Positions 37,001 through 49,000 of a stretch of 64,000 nucleotides of DNA are shown one piece after another (the stretch's first letter is position 1; each line of letters starts with the position of its first letter). The notes beneath the pieces were generated by a model. The model worked only from the letters and a program-made list of their open reading frames with translations. It made no database searches and was not told the origin of the DNA. Position numbers and translations under genes: made by a program. The stretch covers positions 5,046,175 to 5,110,174 of the forward strand of contig NC_134032.1 of NCBI RefSeq assembly GCF_964204645.1, written 5' to 3'. Source of the DNA: Tubulanus polymorphus (taxonomy: Eukaryota > Animalia > Nemertea).

Positions 37001-37559
37001 CTTATTTTAGGATATTCAACATCAGTTATTATTTTATTATTTCTTTCATATTTTCTAAATGTTTTTTATTTTCTTCTAATGTTTTTCCTTTATGAAATTT
37101 AAACTCGATAGCTGCTGGGCCAATATCACTTTTAAATGCTTCGGTTATCTCTATATCTTTTTTATTATCCAATAAATTAATACATTTTCTTACATCTTCC
37201 ATGTATGGTCTTTTATTGTTTAATTTATTTTTTATGCTTTTAATTGTCTTCTGTTTCTTATCATTATCTTTATCAAAATAATCTTCACCTAAAATATCAT
37301 TATTCTTATTTCTAATATGACTTTTAGATTTTAAATGTTCATTATAATATCTTTTATCACTGAATGATTGATTACATGTATCACATTTGTATGTTTCTTT
37401 TTCATTCTTTAATTCATCTAATTTAGTTTCTAATATATCATCTTCATATTCTAATTTCAATTTATTCTCTAAATGTGTTTTAGTTTTATTGTGTCTTGAT
37501 TTTTGGGATTTATCTATATTGATATTACATGTTGGACAGTAGTACTTATTTGCTTCCAT
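34068..37559 (-). pseudogene. polB: pPolB copy C, truncated at the DTD motif
   Basis: ORFs 37029..37559, 36125..36346, 34921..35715, 34670..34855 and 34056..34574 are collinear with copy B. Confidence 0.95.
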
Positions 37560-37769
37560 TTTAATACTAAATTTTTTTTAAAATTGATTTTAGAAGTTCA
37601 ATGATTTATATTATGTATTATTTCAATCACACTTTACTAACACTTTTAATGTTTAAAAATCTAACTCACACAAATATAAATATTGAAATAATGTTGTAAA
37701 TATATCTATATATCTATTCTATAAGAGCTTACACTTTTACATGTTATTCATGTATATGATTATTTTAAG

Positions 37770-37957
37770 AGTAATAGGGATAATAGTCTTTCAGGTTTAA
37801 GGTTGAAGGGGCGAGTGAGTAAAAAATGAAAATAACAATAATTTACAGTTGAATTAGGAGTGTGCGCGACTAATTCAACTGTAAATTATTGTTATTTTCA
37901 TTTTTTACGAGCTCGACCCTTCGACCTTTGGCCTGAAAGCCTATTATCCCTATTACT
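37770..37957 (+). repeat. 188-nt imperfect terminal fold-back (hairpin)
   Basis: AGTAATAGGGATAATAG...CTATTATCCCTATTACT arms; 39-bp perfect inner stem; loop GAGTGTGCGCGA. Confidence 0.95.
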
Positions 37958-38016
37958 TCCATGTACATGTATATCTTCAATTAGAATGGGACAGACAACC
38001 AGTCTACACTATACCC

Positions 38017-38070
38017 TAGACTGGTTGCCTGTCCTATTCTAATTGAAAATAGAGACCGGTAACCAGTGTA
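38017..38070. repeat. 54-bp mini inverted-repeat element (second copy at 61532-61585; partial inverted copy at 37971-38006)
   Basis: TAGACTGGTTGCCTGTCC...GAGACCGGTAACCAGT(G/C)TA. Confidence 0.7.
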
Positions 38071-38878
38071 CATATAGCCACGATTTAGCCCATAATCGTC
38101 CATGAGTCCCAGATGTAAACAACACTCAACGACAGTGTGGAGAAATAGAGAGAATTTGAATTTGCCTCACACAGCAAATATAGTGATGATAGGCCGTTAT
38201 GGCGCGAATACCTGTAAGAGCTTCTAGTGCCTTAAGGCGCTCGCTGTGCGTTGACCTAATCGACGATGAATCCTTCAAGCTCTTAAACCAATTATGGTAT
38301 TTAATTATCAATTTTATTTGGAAAGATGTTGATACATGCATGCTTACAATATGTCATCTCCGTCGCGCCGGGCTTTGTTTTGCTTTGTAGGGTTTTGACT
38401 GTGGTCTAAGTAGACTTTCATGGAACCTCGTCACATCGAACACGGGAGGGCAGAAATATGTTTGTCATAGCTCCTATTTGTTAACCAATAAATAGACGTA
38501 CTATTCCAAAGACGTTATGACAGAAGTTGGAAAGAACGTAGTAGGCAAAAAAGACGAGACAAGGCTTAAACAAAAAGGTGTACGTATATGATTTATTAGA
38601 TAGGAGAAATATTTACAAAAAAATACAAAGAGCCATCATTTTGGAACACACTGGGCTACGTTGTTGTTTCCCTTTGAATCGTTGAAATAAAGAGAGATAC
38701 AAGATATGATATTAAGTATCCTATTGATATGATAAATTGAACATAAACAGTTTAAATAGAGTATATGAATAAAAAAGTTATAGTGATAGTCTACCGCGGT
38801 ATGTGTTTCACACTTCGTGTCCGAATTAAAATGCTACTGAACGTAGCTTTAAAAAATGTAAGTAATGTGCGAGCTACT

Positions 38879-40855
38879 TTATAACTTAAGCGATCTCCTC
38901 GACTTCGCTGGCTTTTTTTTCGGAGCGTCCAAGTGCGAGGCGGCTGATGATGGTACAGCTTCCGAGAGCGACGTCTCTCCGGATGCACTTTCAACGTCCG
39001 AAGGCCCGGGCATGGTGGTTGATGGTGCAGATACCGAATGCGTTGATTCTGCTACACTACTTTCACTACAATGCGGAATTGGCAACCTGAAATGAAATGA
39101 AGTAGAAATAGAATCTGCAGTTCATATAAATCATGTCCGGTACATGAGTCCGAAAAGGTTCTTACAGATAAATCTCTTTATAAGCATGATTTCAAATATT
39201 GTTTTCAGAATAAATTCGCCAGATTTCAATCGTCGACGAGGAGTGGGTAAATTGATAGTCTACCATTTATTTGCAATTAAAGGTTTATTGCATTGAATAG
39301 GATGGTCTATAGATGGCAGCACTTATTTAGAAAATTCTGTTTACAAATGGCGTCAGTCAAGTTATTTGGACGAATAATGAAGAAAGCCTCATCTAACTTG
39401 TCGATCGACCATGTACTTACGATGATTTCCATATCTCGGTTATAACATTTCCTTCCAAAGTTATGTCCACATTGACTGAAAGGTGGTATTGTAATTCCAT
39501 GACTAATGTTAAAATATCGGGTGTGAAATCATAAATGTTGTCATCCACGATTAACTGCATGTCCTCGTCGTCTATGTCAGTCAAAATGCCGTTTCTGTAG
39601 TTAGATTGTTCTACCTTGAAGTAACAAATAAAAATGCGTGTAGGTACAATGTTGGTGGTGAAAGGGGTGCAATGAAAACATTACAGGAGCTAGATTTATA
39701 GGCAGGAATTATGTTTTACCAGGGTCCAGGGAGGCTAACTGAATTCATTTTCAAGCCCCTAGGTTAAAGATGATACCATAGTACCAGTCTAAAAAACCAG
39801 GTCCAGAACTTATCGAAACGAATAACTCTAATAATTACCTCACATGAGGTGCTCGCAGTGGACACCAGCTCCCTGCAGTTATTATATATTCCTACTTCCA
39901 TCTTGCGTAGTGTGACGCACGAGCCTTTGGTGATGGTAGACCCTCCCCAGAATTTGGCCACAATATCATTTGTGCCGTCGGACACAAACACGTCTGTTCT
40001 TTTTCCAGAACTTTGGAACACCTGAAGATGAGAAAAATGCTTATCAAATATAATATCTACAGGGGAAACTGCCAAAAAATAGCAGGGGCTCTAAAGACAA
40101 TGGCGAAAAATTGATAGTTGACAATCTGGTGGATTGGAAATGTCACTAATAGTCACTTATATGTCAGTATATGCCATTTTTTCTACAGTTAAAAATTTAA
40201 ACCTACTATAGAGCAAGAGACCCTTGAGCATGAAGGAAAAGTCATAAATAGATGAGAATATTCATTTAGTACTCACTTTTTCGACTTTGCCCTTGATGGT
40301 GACTCCTCTCTTTTTCGGACTGGACAGAGTCTCCAAAATGGAAATGGCTGGAGGGTTTGTTAAAGCCAACATAATATCATCATTGATGGGAAAAGGAGAC
40401 CCAATGAAAACCTGAAAGAGCAGGGAAAAAGTTTTGAAAGCAATGCCTTGGCAATGGGACAATCAATTTTAAATAGTGTGGACTGGCTTGATTTGTTCGA
40501 TGCTATTTACCTAGCAAACCAAGCCAAGCCAGAAGATGCCTGAATGTTAGATCATGATTAACAAAAACAATTTGACAAACTATGAAGGAACAAAATAATA
40601 ACAACTGTTACATACCTTAGCCGATTGTCCAATTGAGACATTCAGAATGCCAGTCTCGTCATCTTCTCTGGCGCGATGTCCCTTCACTTTGATGTGTTTT
40701 CCAGCCTGGAATTTTGCTCTGCTTGAGTCCTTAAAACAATACGCATCGATGCGCTTGTTTACGTCCGAGATACAGAGAGAATACCAGAATGAATTACCTT
40801 TACTTGTTTTTCGGAAGTCACCCGTTTCTACCACATATAGTTTTATGTCCGCCAT
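38879..40855 (-). CDS. Intact 5-exon gene, ~319 aa, tandem OB-fold (RPA1-like) ssDNA-binding protein, probably Helentron-borne
   Basis: Exons 40855-40616, 40411-40277, 40021-39839, 39614-39421, 39086-38879, all GT-AG and in phase (0,0,0,2); OB-like VTIKGKVEKV, VFVSDGTNDIVAKFWG; TATAAAA near 41051-41045; AATAAA near 38597-38592. Confidence 0.75.
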
Positions 40856-40891
40856 GTCGTTAAACGCGAATAGAATGAGATTAAACTTCAG

Positions 40892-41000
40892 GGCCCGGTT
40901 ACACAGTCGTGAGTTAAGATTTGACCCCGAGTTAAAACATTGAAAATGAACTAATCTTAACCTCAGAGTTAACTCTTACCCACAACTATGGAACCGGATC
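40892..41000. mobile_element. Small MITE (PIF/Harbinger-like) in the 5' region of the OB-fold gene
   Basis: Imperfect TIR GGCCCGGTT / AACCGGATC, CAG duplicated on both flanks. Confidence 0.5.
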
Positions 41001-44000
41001 CAGAGTAACAACGCAAATGATAGAATTGAAGACTAATTCATCCTTTTTATAGTAGACGAAAAAGGGAGGGTTTACGCATGCGTAAGGCTAATGGGCGAAA
41101 AGTTATGAAACAATGATACATATGAAGATAATTAGTAACGCTTCGATAGCAGCAATATCCGGAATAACCGATAAAGAGGGGAAAAATTTTAGTTCACCGG
41201 AGTACTCTTCTCAGAAGTGAAAAATTGAAAATAGGCCTTCAGTTATAGAACTCTTAAATCAATTAGATTTGAGTGCCATGGCCAACTATACGAAGGCTTC
41301 ATCGTGGAAGAGGAGAAAAGAAAACGAATGATCAATTAAACTTGGAAATAGGGTCAGCAAGAGGCACAGTATGAGAGTTATTCTCAAAACACTAAAATAA
41401 TCATTGACAAAACACTAAAAAGAGTCGGCAAAGTATTTCCAGCAAAGAACTTCTTTCGGTGGTAATTTTTCGATGCAACGTTGATCTCTTGCCCACATGG
41501 AATTTATTGATGCCCTGAAAATATGTTCTGGTTGATCATTAAGGGAAGTATTAGTCGAAGATCTCGCAAAAATGCATGAGGTAAATGGAATAACTTTGGA
41601 CTTGATAACGCCCCCAGAAAATGAAAACAGTGTAGCCATAAATAAGTTAATTTTTCAGAGGTTGCAAAGCGAATTGAACCAAAGACACTGTAAACGTATG
41701 TATAATATGATGTGATGCAGAGTTGAATCGGATTTAGGGTATTATCTTGCGTTAAGTTTTTAAGCAATTACATTTAATATGATGAATTTTGTTTTTGGCG
41801 ATGACCCAACGGAAATTGTACTCACTTCGGTGATATAAACAGCAATTACAATGTGCGCAGAGTGGAGAGAATTAAACAATTAGTCATTAAAGAAAGACAG
41901 AGATTAAAATACAGATGAGTAGACTATGCCTTTAAAACACTGAAAAGTAGGGAGTAATCGGTCCGAAACAAGGTAAGTCCGAAGGTCTAGGATGACTGTG
42001 CAATGATTGTCCGGCTCGCGAAACGTCCAATTAGTAGGATATGCCCTTTTAAGGCAAGATTACTGTAACGCATTTTAGATAAAAATATAGATTAAGGTCA
42101 TGGAAAAAATGCGAAAATGTTATGTTACGTGCTAGTACCGTACCGTAGTTTTTAGGGCAAAATTTATGATACGGAACAACCATCATCCGGTGTGCGGTAA
42201 TTTGAGGAGAAATTCAATTCAGGCGTATGAAAATGAACAAAAAATCAGATAAACTTACGACTTCGTTCCATGAAATAAAACAAATTTGATAGCAATGTAC
42301 GCAGAGATTTATGAACAACCTTTTCCTTACGATGAAATGAAAACGAGTCGTATGTTGATAAGAATAGATGAGACAATGCGGAAAGCAAGTGTCAAACGAT
42401 AAAAAGACAATTAGACTATTTCGAATGGGTATTATTTTAAAAATGCGTGCCTCGATGCATACGTAGATGCAATCGCTTAGAAATGCCACCTGCAATTGCA
42501 ATTCGTGAACTTACATTTCAGGGACGGACTGGGAGGGGTGTTCAGGGAGTCTGCCCCCTAAAATTTTGAAGGTGTCCATTTTGAGGACATGATCGAATAT
42601 CTTTTTAAGGGGAGGGGTGGCGTCAATGGATAAAGCTTTGATAAGGCACGGATTCAGACCATCATCAAAAATTAGAAATTACTTTCCTTCTTTATCAGAA
42701 AAGTACTTTCAAAAGGTTTGTTAAAACCATCCCATCAATCCTCAAAATAAAAAGGGCACATCTTAATGAGAGGCATGGTGATGCAACCAGCAAAAAGGGC
42801 CGAGTTTTTTAATTGTCCATATCGATCCAAACAAATAGAAAACGGCAGATAATTTTCAGCAAAAAAGCACACCCCGTTCCCTGAACTTCATTCAATGCAA
42901 GGAAATTGCATCAAAAGAGCGGTAAAATTATCAAGATTTTCCGGGCGGGGATCCCCAGGCCCTAATTTGTCGTGGATTACACCCTAAGGCATAAATCGTT
43001 TAATTACTCGGTACAGGTGGCTCCTGGATGACTCCAGCTAGTATCAGCGTCTTGATCTTGTAAGGAGCCTGATTAAACAGCGCATGCGGGAAGATTTAAG
43101 GAAGAACCTCTCTGTTAGCCATGATTATACAATCTATTGTGTTGCACGTGTTCGAGAAATGATCCTTTTTTCAAGGCGTTAGATATGTATAATTAGTCTA
43201 TAGTTTTGGCCTATCGAAAATGAATAAAAGCAACGAAAATGTTTTAAAGGAAACATTTAAAGCCACTATATATATTAGAGAATGGTTTTGTGTTTTATTA
43301 GAAGGTCGTAAATAATCAAGTTGGCCTTTACTCGACAGAGTTAAATGTATTGGACTTCGTATAATGACTCCACTTCGTATATCTATTGAAAACAAGCATT
43401 TAGGATAGGCAATACTGGATGGCGGTGTCACTGTAGGAATGACCGTCATTAATTAATGTTATTTTTCCCGCACGGCTGTATCATTTTCGATACTTGTAGT
43501 GTTTCATTTTCTAAGCGATAGCTGAAAAATAAGCAATTCTACATAATTTGTGCCTTTGAAGGAATGGGAATCTTATAAGCATGAATCAAAAAGGATTGAA
43601 GAAAGAGATTTATTGTCTACACGCGATAGATTCTATCACAATACAATAATATACCCCCTGCGGAATTATTTCACTAGTGAAATGGACCCTTACATATGGT
43701 GAGTACTAATTGTATTGTTGATACGTCATAAAGATGATGTGAAGCAGCTGGGATTACTATACGGGAGAGACTCAATACAGATGTATCGTCAGAAATGAGC
43801 CCAAAAAGAATTATGCAAAAACCTTTTTGAAGGAAGCAACATAAACAATTTCTAAAAACGCTGCTTTTACTCTCGTGGATTAGAATTAGTTAGACTGAAA
43901 CCCAGAGGATGGCAGCACCAGCTGGATAGTGCCTCTCGGTGGAATAAAGCTGTCTTATCTATATCTATAGCCAAGCTTCGACGGTAATCCACAGGCAGTC

Positions 44001-44096
44001 AAGTGGATTTACGAACACATTGATTGACCCATCACTAGGCACCACAGTCTACATTTATGAATTGATCGCTTTTGTTCCAAAGATGAGGCACAATTA

Positions 44097-44317
44097 GGCT
44101 AAAAAAAATTGATACATTGTTTCTCCGCTCTGCTGAGCTTAAATGTTGACCCGGCCGGCCGCCTATCTACCCTATACATTACTTTTTTTTAAAATCGTGA
44201 TCAATTTTACCATAACAGACCCGGCCGCTATAGAAATGAACTGTTTACAAATTTTATCATATTTTACAAAAATGACCCGGCCGCTGCGGAGAAACAAGGT
44301 ATCATTTTTGTTTAGCC
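44097..44317. mobile_element. PIF/Harbinger-type MITE
   Basis: TIR GGCTAAAAAAAATTGATACATTGTTTCTCCGC and its inverse; TTA TSD; a related end lies at about 25553-25585. Confidence 0.8.
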
Positions 44318-46070
44318 TTAGTGTTTTTGGGCAAGAGCACGGGAGATTAAAATTCATATAGGTAATCCTCATAAATACATGTACGGCCCAGTTTTGTTGA
44401 CGAGTACAACTGCAAAAATGGAAAGAAAATCAAGGCATATAACTGAAAAAATGTTCTTTCATAGATAGACAAGATCTGTTTATTGTAACATATCTAAAAA
44501 TTGGGTTGCCAATCTCTGAAATGTGCTATCAGTAACAAATTTTTTTCAGTAACGTTTAATTGAAAAATGAAAGAAAATGTTCAAATCAATCAGTAATCAA
44601 CAGCAAGCTCCCCAGGAACATCTCTCACATTTCTGTTAAAATTAATCAATAATCAACAGTGAGACCATCAGTAACATCCTTCATACTTCTTTGTGCATCA
44701 AACAAATCAAATGGGATCATTAATTTATTACGTACGCATCAGGGGAGGGGAGGGGTGAGTGCAATTGCATACTGTAATGCTTAATGTATATGAAAAAATG
44801 GCCGATTTTGCGTAAAGAGGGGATTTTGCGCAAATTTTATGCGTACATAATAAATGCAATTTATGCGTACATAATAAATGCAAATTTCATTTCTCGTGAT
44901 AAAATAGTAACCAATACTGAAAAACAGGAACAGTTGGCAGCTCTGTGAATTTCGAGTATTATCAATGTTGTCGATTAAAATACAATCATTTGATAAGAAT
45001 AGGAAATTGAGGATGTCATTGCCACTTCAGTTTCTAATTCGTGTCAGGTAGAAGATTCTGAGTGTTTTATGTGCGCATGGTATTCGATAACTGAAAATAG
45101 AAAAAGTGATATGTTGTACTCTTAAAATCGTGTAATAAATTAATTAAACGGAAATGAGAACATCGAAAAAAGAATATTTGTACTTACATATAACTAAATT
45201 AGTTGTTTGCACATGCTTGGTGCAATACAAAGTTATCATAGAAAATAATGCTTCCAACAGGAGGGTAGTTCTCGCAGGACTGCTAACAATCTGAAATGAA
45301 CATTGAAGAGCTGCATATAAAAACCACAGTATCGCAGAATTGAAATGGTAAACATACATGGGTATACCTGGCATGGTCAGTCAAACATAATCAGCTGAGT
45401 TTGCATGAGGATTCACCCAGTTAAAATGCCAGTGACAAAATGTCGATGCGTTACAGATCCATTGCTTGAAAATAGATTATTCAAACGCCGTGTATTGTAT
45501 GAATATAGCTTGTACTAGTTGCATTCTCTGCAGCGCTGAAATCAAAATATATAATATAAAATTGAGAAACATCCCTGCATAATTTACAATGATTAAGTAG
45601 GATCAATTATCACTATGCCATGACAATAAATCCTAGGTTTAGAACAAGTTCATCAGCATGAATACACATTGAATTGATTGCTGCAGTACCGGTAAAACCC
45701 AAACATGAAGAACGAGTAAATATTTTCATGAAATCATGGTTAATCGAAATTATGAGAAACATGGACAATTTCATGTCATGGTAGCATGATATTTATGATA
45801 ATTTCAACAGTGGAATCCCAACGTAACTATTTCATGATGGCTGTAGAATGTTGGTATGATTTGAAAATGAGGTCTAGCAATACCAGTATAATAAACATGA
45901 TCGACTAGAGTACCAGCATTAGTTGTTGGTAATGTAACACATTGTTCAAATCCAAATGTTTCCAGCATATTCGCAACAGCGGATGACACAAAAATATTTT
46001 CATTGAAATCACCGATAATGACAACACATTCAGAGTGGGAGCTCAATTCACGAAGAACGTCTCGAAGAGC

Positions 46071-49000
46071 CACGACCGTAGAGCTAATACTAACTATACA
46101 TGACCTTGACCGACGTTTAATTAAATTGAATCGGTGACAGCAAGCCGATACATAGGTTCCGAGAAATAACAATGGCCGCCTTTTCGCTAGCGACACGACC
46201 GCGGATTATTGCCGTTTCACGCGTATTTTAGATGTCTGTATCAGTTTAAACACGGACTATCGCAACATATTTATACCGCAATCGGTTCATATTTGAGCTT
46301 GAGATAATTCTTGAGAAGATGCAGTTTGTTAGTTACTTGATATTGACGTTTACTTTTACTTCCGGGGTTATTGAATCGATGATGAATGCGATGTTTCAAC
46401 GAAGAAAAAAGCTTAAAAGAGTTCTCCCATAACTGCAGAGAGTAATTAAGTCTATTTAGGAAATGTGTGCTGCCAAATAAGCGTGTAAGTATTTATAGGA
46501 TCTTTTGTAAGGCAAATTACAGGCTGATTAGGTCTCCTGGTCCAGTGTACCTGGTAGGCCTTTTTGTCCTTCCTTTTTATTTGATGAAGACTAAGATAAT
46601 AGTAGGCCTAAAGACCCACTGATTGCCGTAATGGCAGTGAGGTTAAGTATGGGAGGCTTAGTCTCTTTCATCTTTTGATTTCAGTGATTGGAAATCAAAA
46701 AGTTTCTCAGAACGTACTCAAAACTTAGCCTTGGCTCCCGAAAATGAAATGAACCCTAAACTAATATGGCGATTGAACCCAGGAATATTTTAGAATAAAG
46801 TAAGTAGTTTTGAACCACTTCCATGTTTGTTTCTGGTGGCTAGTTGATTTGTTCGATTTGGGTCTACTATTCATTTGGGAAACTGGGTCGACTCGGGTCC
46901 ATGGGAAACATTTAATGTTGATTCGAGGCTGTAGTCTGTGCGGTTTGGTTAAGTTTCCAAGTCAACTCACGCAGCTAACCCATTCTGGCAGAACCAACAT
47001 GATACTTAAGATTGTGCACATGAAAATGATTGTCAGTATTTTTGTTCCAAATATATTAATGTATTTGTTATTCCATTTATCACTGCACAACATTTATCAA
47101 TAAGCTATCATTAGCTAACCAGACAAAATCTCATAATCTACTTGTATTAGAATTCCAAATTTTCAATTTAATATTTTACAGTAATTGATATTTTTTATGC
47201 AGAGAAGACAATTATATATATATCGTGAATCTTGAAACCGACAACTGTTCGTGTGAAGTAAAAAGGTGAGTAAATAAAATCTCATAATTTTTTTCTCTCA
47301 ATTATATTAAGAGCAAACAAGAAATACTCTGCCTTATTTCACCGACCTGTGTGATTTTAACGAATAAAAGTGAAATATAAGATATATACATGCGTGCGGT
47401 ATACATTTACAATAATTTTCCGTTTTCTTTTCAGGTAACGGTACATACATTCAAACAAGCCTTTTACACTTTTTACACTGTCGAGTGTTATCTTGACTGA
47501 TGTAAAAGCCACCACACTCGCATTTTCGTTTCGTTGCTTCGGATTTTGGAGGTTTTGTCGCGTAAAGACCTTGATTGATGAATAGATATTTAGTTCGCAG
47601 AACTTGATCACGGACTGTACAGTAGATTCTGTTGTCTCTGTTCACGCTTGCGTGTTTACCTTCAAGTCCTTGCTCACCGAAGAGCCCCAGAGAACCCCAC
47701 ATATCAACAAAATCCGGAGCGTGGTAAATAAGTATATGGAGTTTTGGCGTGATAGTGGAACTAGGAAATGCGTCGGTGTAAAATCGTCCGAAATCATGAC
47801 ACAGTTTACGGAATAAGGACTTTTCATCTGCTGTGAGAAATCTACATGCCGTGTATAGTGCATATAAGTTACTAAGTCTCTCGAATAGCTCGAGAAATTT
47901 CGTGTAATCATCATCAGCATGACCTGAGAGAACACTACATAGCTTCTGTGGATTGTTGGATTTGTCATCATTTTTGAGCATTTTATTTATATGGTTTCCA
48001 ACAATGCAACCACCATAGTACGCTTGCCGATCAATACCTATTTCGGCAAGAATTTCATTTAGCCGTTTTGTAACCGGCCCCATTAATGAATTAACAACTT
48101 TGAATATTTCCTGTAATTGGTTTTGAGCTTCAGACAATCTCGATTTTAGATCAGCTAACTCAGATTTCTTTTCCGATATTTCTTGAATTTTCAGCTTGAT
48201 AATACTATCCGCTGACATAGTTTTCCCCGTACAACATTCCATACATTTGAAATTAGCTGTAGGTCCAAATATACATTGCTTGTGATAGGGGGAATCGCAA
48301 TCAATGCACTCAACAAAATCATTTTGTTTGGCATTCGGAATGTTTCTAATCAAACAAATCTTTGCTGAACAACTAATAACACAACGACCCTTTTTTGGAT
48401 TGTTTTAGAAGGTCAACAGTTTGATTAAGAGTGACAATCATTTCCTTGTACTGATTTAATTCCTCCTGCACTGCGCATACATCTAGGGATTTATCTTTCC
48501 AGTTTCTGTACAAATCGATATCCCGATCTTTTAATCCTTCATTGTCGACTTCCTGACATTTCTGCTCCAACATCTCAAAGAATAATAGACCTAACCCCAA
48601 AGATATGTGCAGTGGAGGAGGAACTAAATGGTCCAAATCGTCAATCCTCACTAGCATTTCATTGCAAATGCTTTTTGTGTCTTGCCCTGGTTGCTGCTTT
48701 TCAGCATTAACATTATAATCGGCTACAGTTCTACACTGCACTACTATATGATCAGGTGTGTGTGGTTTACCATCACGTTTTCTCAGCTGTTCCAATCTAA
48801 TTTCACACCAAAGGCATGGATAAGAAGCCGATGAACCCTGGTGGCCCATACATGTACACAAAAAAGCTAAATCGCCGATCAGAAAAAATCTTATAGCCAA
48901 AGTTCCTCTACTACATTCGACATATCTAATTTGTGGCAGTTGATCAAAGATTTTGCCAAATATGATCTTCATATTGCTGTAAGTATCGACAGCTTCGAAA

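Larger units (their letters stand above)
34068..37957 (-). mobile_element. Second, truncated copy of the AT-rich Polinton family (copy C): polB plus right terminus
   Basis: Highly similar to 16583-20155; ends ...CTATTATCCCTATTACT at 37957; left part missing. Confidence 0.95.

Noticed and set aside
41200-43500. Short ORFs as further Helentron cargo genes
   Set aside because: No recognisable motifs or consistent exon chain.
46071-47450. RAG2-like convergent gene (ProtoRAG-type element)
   Set aside because: Only one short exon-like segment (about 47203-47265) and no sustained kelch ORF. The 4-bp TSD and the DKG/GD motifs fit Chapaev, not RAG1L/Transib (5-bp TSD).
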